A DNA stretch of 64,000 nt from Podarcis melisellensis (Eukaryota). A program made the position numbers and the translations under genes. The notes under the pieces were generated by a model. The model ran no database searches and was not told the DNA's origin. It worked only from the letters and a program-made list of their open reading frames with translations. The stretch's first letter is position 1; the number at the start of each line of letters is the position of its first letter. Of the stretch, positions 36,300-46,410 are shown in pieces. The stretch lies in the NCBI GenBank assembly GCA_964234715.1, contig OZ174290.1; one strand, 5' to 3'.

Positions 36300-38249
36300 A
36301 TGTAGATGATGAGGATAGAATCAGAAGACAGGAAAGCAAACAGGAGCTACTGAAATGTTGGCAGCATGGCACTAGTGCAAAATGGTATCTACCCTCCAAA
36401 CATGTGGTTCATCTAACATAGACACCATTCTGCAATTGTTCAGAATCTTAAGAGGCATATGTAACTTTTACTTAGCAACTGCTACTGGATCACACTGTAG
36501 TGTGACCAAGAAACGGAACCGAAGGCAGGGCTATGCAGATGAAGGGGAGACTCAATTCCCAATGGCTCTCATTAAGCAGGATGGGAAAAGTATTACGACT
36601 GCAAGGGATGGGGGGAAGAACCTGAGAAGCTCAGTTCAGGAAACTGAGGTCATGGGAGGCAGGTTTGTGTCTCCAATAGCGACACATATGCACACATTTT
36701 TACGCTCTTGCATGAAAGTGAACAGCTTATAAAGGGAGTTGAGTTATTCTACATTTTGGATTGAAATCCAAACCAGAGAATAACTTGCTATGCTTGTCTG
36801 AAATTAGGGCTGAGTATTGGAAATTGCTATGGAGGTACATATTCCAAGCCAAGTAATGCAAATTTCAGATGATGTTCCTTACTGTTGTTTTGCTTAGGGA
36901 CATGAAATCAGTCTTTTTGCCATGTGTTTTATTTACAAATAAGTGCATTTTGGAACTTGAAATGAAGGATTTTAGCAAGGAGGGATTGGGGATGTTTGTG
37001 CTGTTGGGAACTCAGGAAGCTGTGCTAATACCGAGTCAGACTGTGGGTGATCTAGCTTAGTAGCATCCATACAAACTGCCAGCAGTTTTCCAGGGTTTCA
37101 GGCAGGGGAGCTTCCAGCTCTACTCAGAAATGTTAGGAACTGAATCTTGGACCTCCTGCATGCAAACCACACCACTAAACTGCAGTCCTACCCAAGGGGT
37201 GGCAGGCTCTCTTGCCAGACTTAAGGCTCCAGTTATTGCTTGTTCTTGCCACCCTCTAACCAGCTATGGTAATATTGTTAAGAAAAGCGCCAGTTCAAAT
37301 GAACAGAGAGAAAGAGTGAACCTCGGAAATGCAATCAGAGAGTTACTCTTTCCTTCTTCCCAAGGACAGTAATCTGGGGCTGTCACTGTCTCAAGTTCCG
37401 AACACGGCAGAGCCTCAAAACATAGAGAAGCTCACACAGCCAAAGACTTTATTTTACAATTCTTTCACATCCCAGGCGACACCATGGCACAAAAGCCTCT
37501 GAAGGGATTGACAGAAACCACCCAATTAAGAGACTGAGGAGCCCAATGTAAAAATAAAGGAATGAAATTTCATTACTTTCCCAAGTACTGCAGAAAGTGA
37601 TGGTTTTTTTAAAATAATAATGATAACAAACTTTCAGTTAACTCTGTATCGTTCGGCAGAGTCAACACTCACTTTTCTTCCTCCTTGTGCTTACAACACT
37701 GAGACAAAACGTTTGCTGGAAAAAGGAGGCAAGGTGAGATTTCTGGCTTCTTGTCAGCCTCCATGACAGGTGTTAACCTTTTGGAATGGGGATCGTTGGA
37801 GGTGCTTCTGGTTACACTACAAGAGCAACTCCATGGCAGCAAGATAGATTTCCCAACAACGTTTTACAGATAGAAAGGCTGCCTGCATTACCAGCAGTAT
37901 CTATCAAAGTCCCTGTACTGTCCATGAAGGGTTTAATCAATTTTGGCCATCCATGGTCAGGCCGAACCTCCTCTATTATCATTAAGCTACCCAAGGGCAG
38001 GGAGGGAGGGAGAGAGGAGAAAAAAGAGAGAAGAATTAAAGACCCAAGGACAAAAGATTGCATTACGCACCTGAGGTCCAGCACGCAGAAGGACTGATGC
38101 ACGAAGCTGCTCTATGTGCATGTGTGTGAGAGCAGGAATGAAGGGGCAACCCAGGTGACATTTATTTACTTATTTGAACAGTATCCCTCCTTGCTAATGA
38201 AATGCCCAAAGGGCTTACAAATTACGGCAAACAGGAATGCTCACACACT

Positions 38250-38390
38250 GTATCAACCATTCCCAAGATGGTGCCCTCCAGATGTTGCTGGAATGCAACT
38301 CCCATCACCCCTGAAGATTGGCCATTTTGGATGGTGGGGTCAATGGGAGATGGAGTCCAACAACATCTGAAAGGCACCAGTTCTGCCTCT
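38250..38390. repeat. Short palindromic MITE-like repeat
   Basis: CCAGATGTTGCTGGA...CTCCCAT / ATGGGAG...TCCAACAACATCTG. Decayed copies near 19700-19840, 21740-21850, 26910-27000 and 48765-48870. Confidence 0.7.
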
Positions 38391-38424
38391 CTGCTCTTGT
38401 TTCTCACTAAAAGTCAGCCATGGC

Positions 38425-38571
38425 CAGTGGCGTAGCGTGGGTTGTCAGCACCCGGGGCAAGGCAAGTAATTTGCACCCCCTAACCCGTGGATTTGCGCCC
38501 CCTAACCCTAACCCCCAGATGTTGCGCTCGGTGTGGCCGGCCCCCCCTGCACCCCCCACGCTACGCCACTG
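38425..38571. mobile_element. 147-bp hAT-type MITE, second near-identical copy
   Basis: Same TIRs and length; TSD GCCATGGC/GCCGTGGC. Confidence 0.92.
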
Positions 38572-39770
38572 GCCGTGGCCTTTGTTCCTGCAACTCAAAT
38601 ACTCACAGGTCTCCTCCCTTTTATCTCGTGCACCAGTTATGATAATGGTGGATGGGGACTTACGACCTGATAAATCAGATGCAAGTAATTCAAAAAGTTT
38701 ATCAAAATTGAGGTGTAGAATCCACTTCCCGGGAAGGCTCACTATTCAGTTCAAAAGCACACCTTGATTCCTCTGCATTCCAAAACATGTTAAGCAATCC
38801 CTGCATACCAACAAAAAACAGCTCCCTGCACAAAAAACTGAATGAATGCTCAAAAAAGACCGGGCATAGTCTAACCTGTGTGGAAGCAAATCAGAATCAA
38901 TGTTCATTAAACAGATCACCCAGAGAGGCCCTGAAATTAGGGATGGCTTGTGAGAAATTCAGTTCACATTTAAAGGCCAATCCTACCTTATTTCCACTTT
39001 CTGAAACATAGCAAAACACAAACATTCTTAAAAATGTGCACTTCTCTGAATTTTGCAGTGCAGTTTTCCACCCAAGTAATGTGTACAACAATGCATATAT
39101 TGGGGTAAGTAAGGGGTGCATAAAAATTGTGCATTAGTGAAAATGGCAAAAACAAATCTATCAGGCAAACATGCATATAGCAATTAGAAGAAACTTGCGC
39201 TAAAATGCTGAGGAAATTTCATAAGGACTTTTTAAAGGTCACAAGCTAATATGGAAATGTGGAGGACTGAAACTTAAGGTTGGAAGAATGAGAAATCAAA
39301 AGAAACTGAAATTGACAGATGCACCCATTCATGCCATCCTAAGTTTTGTACTAGAGAGGGAGAGAGATGAGTGAACTCTGCATTGCAGCCAGAATTCTGG
39401 CTCCCTATTTCACAGCAAATGATTCACCCCCATTTGGTGACATTTGCTGAATGCCCAGAGTACGCCTGAAGCAAGCCTATGAAATCCTGTCATGTTGGGA
39501 CATACATCCACATTGTGCGGCGCCACTGAAGTCGCTCCTTGGTCTGAGAGAAGCAAAGGTGCTGAATCAATCTATCATGCAGCCTCTCCTGAGGTCTGCG
39601 TGGGAAGAGGAATACGGCATGAAGTAAGAGGGCTATTTTTTGGGTTATTACAATTGAATTGCCAAACTACAACTCTTTAATTGGCCATTTCCAAGGCGAC
39701 TGCACTCAGGAGTGTGTTGGGGCTATCAAAACACTTCATATTGCAAACTCTCATATTCGACTGCATAAAG

Positions 39771-39771
39771 T

Positions 39772-39847
<76 letters not shown>

Positions 39848-39849
39848 TC
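39771..39849. repeat. (TTTC)n microsatellite
   Basis: Read directly from the sequence. Confidence 0.98.
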
Positions 39850-39994
39850 ATCTCTCCCTCTTCCCGCCCCAAAGTCTTGGAAGAAACAATATAGTTTCAG
39901 CTTCTGTGCATCTGCCAATCATAGCTGAGCTGTTCTGGCTAATTATTTTTATTCTTAGTAACCTGTACGAAATGCAGACAAAAAAAATAGGACG

Positions 39995-39996
<2 letters not shown>

Positions 39997-40056
<60 letters not shown>
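39997..40056. repeat. (CT)n microsatellite
   Basis: Read directly from the sequence. Confidence 0.98.
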
Positions 40057-40059
<3 letters not shown>

Positions 40060-40850
40060 CGCCAGTGTGGACTAATGATTCTGTATAAATTAGAGCTGAA
40101 TGTCAGGAGGATTTCCATCAGCTGCGTGTCAGCAAGGCAGCTTTTCTGACGGGCTGCTCAGCTTGTATGCTTCTCCCATTTTCCATGAAACCCTGGGAGA
40201 ATTTTTTGGCTATTTCCCCCGTGGCACACCCTGCTCTGTTTCAACTGCCCATTCTCATACTAAGTAGCACCAGCAGAACAAGGTGTGTGTGTGTGCGTGC
40301 GTGTAAGAGAGAGAGGGGGCAGGCAGGCAGGCAGAATATGCACAGACAAGGTGCAAAGATCTGAGTTTTAAAAACCTTTCCTGCAAACTAGAAGAATATC
40401 CAGTCAACCTCCAACACATTCTAAGGCAGCGGGGGGATCCTTTTCTCATGGGAAATCTAGTGGTGGGTTGAGCCAGAGGCAAAATTAGGTAGAGAAACCA
40501 ATGCAACTCTTGCCTTTGTGCAGCAGGAGACATTCCAGCTGAGCAAAAGTCAGAGGTTTTCACATAGTCTCACGCATGCACGGACACACACATATTTGCA
40601 TTCAGAGGCATGGTGCTGGCACAGTTCAAGAACAGATTTCAGACCAGGCTAAAGCATTCAAGAAGGGGCCAGAGCAGGGCCAGTGAGGGGTGTGGTCTAA
40701 GGAAAGTCCTAAGGACCTCATCCCCCCACCCTGTTCTAATCAATGACATAGAAAACTAATTACAGATAGGTAGCCGTGTTGGTCTGCCATGGTCAAAACA
40801 AAAAAAATTCCTTCCAGTAGCACCTTAAAGACCAACTAAGTTAGTTCTTG

Positions 40851-40888
40851 GTATGAGCTTTCGTGAGCACGCACACTTCTTCAGATAC
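40851..40888 (-). ncRNA. Minimal type I hammerhead ribozyme motif (minus strand)
   Basis: GTAT-CTGAAGA-a-GTGTGC-gt-GCTCAC-GAAA-GC-TC-ATAC; 4-bp stem I; one mismatch in stem II. Confidence 0.68.
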
Positions 40889-40892
40889 ACTT

Positions 40893-40926
40893 CTGAAGAA
40901 GTGTGCGTGCACACGAAAGCTCATAC
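40893..40926 (+). ncRNA. Minimal type I hammerhead ribozyme motif (plus strand, stem I truncated)
   Basis: CTGAAGA-a-GTGTGC-gt-GCACAC-GAAA-GC-TC-ATAC; perfect stem II; the 5' arm of stem I is lost at the palindrome centre. Confidence 0.58.
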
Positions 40927-41190
40927 CAAGAACTAACTTAGTTGGTCTTTAAGGTGCTATAGAAAACTAATATATACAAGGCATGAGCCAACAATGATGT
41001 GGCGAGGCGTCGACAGGGGCAAAGAGTTGACGCCACGTACCACTTGTAGGGCTCATGCTACTTTCTTTCATGCTTCCCACCCAGGACTTGGCCAGGTGAG
41101 GACAGGAAACATTGGTTCCTCCTCTTGCCCTCACTCTCACTTGATTTCACGTTGAAAGTAAGGACAGCATGATCAGTGAATAGGTGGCAC

Positions 41191-41348
41191 CAGTGCTTTT
41201 TTCTGGTGGTATGCAGGGGTACGCATACCCCTAAACGTTATGTGAATCTTTGTACTTTTGTCCATTTACTGTATTTATTTTCCCCGATTTGAACTATAAA
41301 ACGGTGATTTTCTTTAGTGAAAATGAGAGTACCCCTAAAAAAGCACTG
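41191..41348. mobile_element. hAT-type MITE, same family, opposite orientation, no LTR
   Basis: Same TIRs and ATACCCCTAAAC subterminal motif; degenerate TSD GGTGGCAC/TGTGGCAG. Confidence 0.8.
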
Positions 41349-42378
41349 TGTGGCAGTAGCAAAAATAAAATGCAAACAAAAACGGGCACCCCCCCATAAA
41401 ACTTGTCACCCCCTCCTGTCACATGCAAGAGAAAGCTGTTGATTCTCAAAGTTCTCAAAAGAACTTTCTGCTCATTGCTAGTAGGTACACAAAATTCTTG
41501 GGAGAAACTACACATTGCATTTAATGTGTAGGCTACAGCAATGGGCCTGCTTTTTCTAAAGCAAAGTTAAGCACTGAGGGTTTGATGCAGATTACAACAG
41601 CAGCACATGGGGAGGCTTAATCCTTTGCTTCACAGTTGCACCCCACCAAATTCCAACCACATGCAACAGTTAGTTACAGTAAAAAGAAAAGGCTCTCATT
41701 TGAGCCCATTTCAGCCTTCTTCTTCTCTATTGTGTGTGTGTCTGATGGTAATAAGTTTCAGGGAGTTCACAGCTATGTGGGAAGCATTCAATCTCCACTC
41801 CCTGCACGCTGTGGTCCCAGTCTAGATTTGGCATTACACACTCACTTTTGATTAAGAAAAATGTGCCTGTGTAGCTGCAGGCTATGTGTTAAACTAAACG
41901 TGTCGTTTGACCTTCAGTTTAAAACAATTCATTGCACAGGTGCAGACTGAGCTGGCTTTGGACTGCCTGCTTGTTTTCTGGCTTGGGCTGCTAACTTGCC
42001 TCCAGAACACCAGCACTGCTACTATCCAAGGCAGTAATCATATTTCACTCAACTTGGGCAGCTATTCTGATTTGGGTGTGTGTGTGTGTGTGTCTAGTTG
42101 CCACAGGATGTTGCTTTCAGGAATACCCAGCTGGAGTTCAGCTTCTTGACATCTGCTGGAGCTGGTCCCTGGCAAATAACAATAATCTATCCAGGCAATG
42201 GCTTTGAACGGGGAGGACTGCTAAGGGCAGGAATAGTGCACCAGTTGCATTGGGCATTGGACCCCAGCTTGATGTTCTCTGTGTAGGTTTGCGGATCTCA
42301 TCCCCCTAGTGGCAGGTGGGGTTGATTTTGAAAGGTTGGTGGGTTCCCCCTCCCAGGATTGTTCCTCCCACCGCTGTA

Positions 42379-42628
42379 CAGTCATACCTTAGGTTACAGA
42401 TGCTTCAGGTTTTTTCGGGTTATGGATGCGCCGAAACCCGGAAGTACCAGAATGGGTTACTTCCGGGTTTCGGCAGTCACACATGCGCAGAAGCGCTAAA
42501 TCGTGCTTTGCGCATAAGTGCCGAATCACAACCCACGCGTGCGCAGACACGCCGCTGCGGGTTGCAAATGCTGCAGGTTGCAAACGTGCATCCTGCACGG
42601 ATCATGTTCGCAACCCGAGCGTCCACTG
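42379..42628. mobile_element. Tigger-like MITE (CCGGAAGT-containing family)
   Basis: TA-CAGTCATACCT...GTCCACTG-TA termini. Confidence 0.82.
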
Positions 42629-44333
42629 TATTCTCTAATGGCTCATTAATGCAAGAATTGGAGATGGACTGGAGTGTCCACACATCATTCCACTTTATTA
42701 GTTGTTCTGTGATGTTTCCCCACTGATATTGCATCGTTGCCATTTGGAGGGGCATTCTTACTCTGTAAGCTCACTAATGCACCATGAGCACAAATAATGA
42801 TGAATGCTTCGTGAAAAGGTCATCTGCAGATTTCCCCAACATGATGCTCTCCAGATTGGCTTTGGTGGCTGGATGGGTGCTGAAGTCCAAAACAACTGGA
42901 GAATACCAGATTGGTATCAGGCACTAAGTTTCAGGCAGAAGTCTTTCCCAACCCTACCTGGAGACAACCAGGACTGAACCTGGACTGGAGTAGTGAGCTA
43001 GAGGGACCAATGGTATGTATGACTTGGTATGAGACGGCTTTCCATGTTTCATTAGGCCTGAATGCTACTACGAGTGCATGGCAGAGGGCTTTTGGAAATC
43101 GAGGAGTGAAAGTCATTCCCCTGTTCAGGGAAGTTTTTAATGGTTGATGTTTTATTGTGTTTTTAATATGTTGTTAGCTGTCCAGGGTAGTTGGGGCAAC
43201 CCAGTCAGATGGGCAGCATATAAATTGTAATAATAAAATGATTATTATTATTCTGCTGATAACTATTCTCTTCTTTAAATATATAACATAGCAGCATGAT
43301 TTTCCTTTGGATGCAGCCCCTCCCAAGGTGTAGAGGTACAGATTTCATGATATTGTAGTGATTGGGAGTTCAAAGGGCTGGAACACTGGGACTGACATCT
43401 TGCGAAGATATAATGAACCCTCCAATTAAAATTGCCTGTTGCTTGCTAAGGTCTCATTCATAGGGACGTGCTTAGTGGACAATGCAGCATCAAAGTCTGT
43501 TGCTTTGCTAATTGTTGCTCCCTTATTCTCCTCTTTCCTTATCTGAATGGTGGTAGAGAGAAGTATTTCTTTCGACTTCCAAGACACTAGAATCCATGGT
43601 CGTTCACTGGGATGTTTGGCAATAGATTCCCAGCAGACAAATTAAGGTGGTTCTTGATTCACTGCTACAAGATGTAACAATGGCTCATTGGCTTAGATGA
43701 CTTCAAAGGGAGGTTGGACAAAGTCATTGAGGATAAATCTATCAACGGCCATTAATCATGGCTGAGCCTTGAGGTTCAAAGGCAAAATGAAAATGAGTAC
43801 CAGTTGCTGGGGAGGTACTGCCTTCATGCTCTGCTGGTGGTCTTCCTGATGGACCTTTGATCTTCTTATGTTATGCTCACTTTAACAGAACACGGTTCTG
43901 TCCCCATTAGCAACAGTGAAGGATACCCAGTGAGAGGCAATTGCAGGGGGGAAAAATAGCAGTGTGGAATGAATCTCTTTATGGTAAATTGAACTTTCTA
44001 TGATGCTGGTTTTAATATACTTCATTTCTGATGTAAGTAATTTGCATCAATGATAAGCATGTGACACCAAGCGTGGGTGGAATGTGGGTGCGGATTGACA
44101 ACTCTGGACATGAGGGCCATAGGAAATCCATTCCAGGACTCTGAGAAATCTTTTAACAGTTTGTAATGGTTGGTATTTAAAGTAGTGAATGGCTTGGGAA
44201 CAGATGCATGCCCTGAACATAAGAACGTAAGAACACTGAACATAAGAACATAAAATAAGAATAGCCTTGATGGATCAGGATAGTGGCCTATCTAGTCCAG
44301 CATCCTGTTCTTAGAGTGGCCAACCAGATGCTT

Positions 44334-44682
44334 GGCTGCAATACCACCAGGTGAATGATTTGTTAAAAGAGGATAAGAGGAAGGTGGGTTTTGATGATAA
44401 AAAAATCAAAATTTAATATAGAAGTAATAGAAGGCAAAAACAAAACCCTGTCCAGAATCTATGATATACGAGTGAATTTAAGATTATAGATTGAAAATCA
44501 AATACGTAATGGAAGGAGATATTTGATACTTATCAAAAGGATGGAAGGAAGTTCAGATTGTGTGTTTTTCTTTTTTCGGATGTGTTTTTTTTCTCTCTCT
44601 CTCTTCTTTGTAATTTTTTTTCTGTATTTTCTTATATGTCTGTTTTTGTGTATAACTTCAATAAAAATGTATTAAAAAAAAA
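44334..44682 (+). mobile_element. 5'-truncated polyadenylated retroposed insert, probably an L1-type 3' UTR
   Basis: AATAAA near 44660, A-tail at 44674-44682, perfect 22-bp TSD TAGAGTGGCCAACCAGATGCTT at 44312-44333 and 44683-44704. Confidence 0.8.
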
Positions 44683-45977
44683 TAGAGTGGCCAACCAGAT
44701 GCTTATGGGAAATCCACAAACAGGACCTGAGTTCAAGAGCACTCTCCCTTCCCGTAACACGGCAAAAAGAGAGAGATGGCCTTGCTTGGATATTGGCCAA
44801 TGCTGGAATTTTCAAGGGGCTACTCTATCCTCTTCTGTAGAGTGGACCTGTATTTTGCCATGCTGTGCTCATAGGTGGTCAGCCTTTGTAATAAAGTTTA
44901 TCAGCACGACATGTGAAAGTATTATGCTATTCTATATTCAATACTCAAAGAAAGATGTAACACTGAAGCTTAATCCAGATGCATTCAACCTGTGCTAGAC
45001 TGGGTAGCAGTCTGCTTGAAAACATAGGTTCATAGTCTGGGGATTTGTGGAAACAGCTTTGCCCCTAAAAGTTCAAGTGGCAGGTCTTGCTAGATGTGCC
45101 TTTGCAGAGTTTAAGCTGGTGCACCATCTGCACCCACTGAACTGTATCCAGTATACTCTTTCCACTAATGCAAGGGCTTTTGCACTACCAGGTGGATGAG
45201 TTTTAGCATTTTGCAGCAGACGAATCTAGTGCAACAGCTGTGCTAGTGAAAACGTGTTGTACAATCATTTGCCCAAAGAAGTTGCAAGCAGCCTGCTTGT
45301 CCCTTCTCTTGCACGGCAACATTCCACTGGTGCAAAACATTTCGCCAGCAGAACAAGTGTCCTGCTAAGTGATTTTAACTTAGTGCTTCACTGCATACAA
45401 CCCATTCTACTTCTCACAACTTTGGAAGCCAATAGCAATTTCTTAATGAAGTTATAAGCAAAATTTGCACTATGCCCTGATTTAAATTTGGGAGTGTTGA
45501 AAAGGGTCAAAGCAAATTGCTCACATGAACCACATTTGACTCATGGGCTTAAATACTTAGCAGGCATGCACACACACACACACACACAAACAAACAAACA
45601 AACAAACAAACACACACTATGTTGAGTGGAGTTGCTTTACCAACCTCTGTGATTCAAAAAGCAGAAAATGAGAAGCCAAACGTTTGGAATGTGGACATAA
45701 TTCAAGTTACTAAATGCAAACTTCATGATTTTGGATGCAAAAAGTAATAATAATAAATGGATAGCTTGGTATCTGAATTAAGAAACCTTTGAGTATTTTG
45801 CTTTTAAAACTTGGTAGCAGGTTTAGCAGCCAATCTAGTAATAGCTGTTAACATTCCCTACAGGCCTGTAAAAGCAGCATATCTACTTACTGACACTACA
45901 CACACACAACTTGTACAGACTCCAATACAAATGCTAACCACCTGTGTAAATACAAGCCTGCCATAACCAGTCCCAAC

Positions 45978-46410
45978 CAGTGGCGGAGGAACCCTCTCCG
46001 GCACCCGGGATGGGGCGAACCACTCGGTGATGTACAGGCGACATCCGTACGGACTGTGCATGTGCGGCATCCTGTATGGAGTGCACTTGCACAGCGACTG
46101 TACAGGCTGCTGCTCATGTGCGCTGTCCATACAGGTGTCTGTATGGGCTGCCACGCGAGCAGCATCCCATATGGAGTGCGCATGTGTGGCATCCCATACG
46201 GAATGAGCACACGCGGCAGCCTGTATGGTCGCCGTGTGAGAGGCAGCCCATATGGATGCCCATATGGATGGTGAGTGAGGGCGGCGCCCATACTGACTGC
46301 ATGTGCCCTTGGCCGCTCTACAGCTGGGAAAGGCAGGGGCCATCTTGTCACCCCCCCGAGGGGCACCCAGGGTGGACTGCCCCCTCCGCCCCCCACTTCA
46401 TACGTCCCTT
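45978..46410. mobile_element. hAT-type MITE with internal 27-bp repeat array
   Basis: Left end CAGTGGCGGAGGAA, decayed right end TTCATACGTCCCTT; TSD GTCCCAAC/GTTCCAAC. Confidence 0.7.

Larger units (their letters stand above)
40761..40958. mobile_element. Penelope-like inverted pLTR relic
   Basis: 68-bp inverted repeat (40818-40885 / 40892-40959, one mismatch); 13-bp direct flank ATAGAAAACTAAT at 40748-40760 and 40959-40971. Confidence 0.82.
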
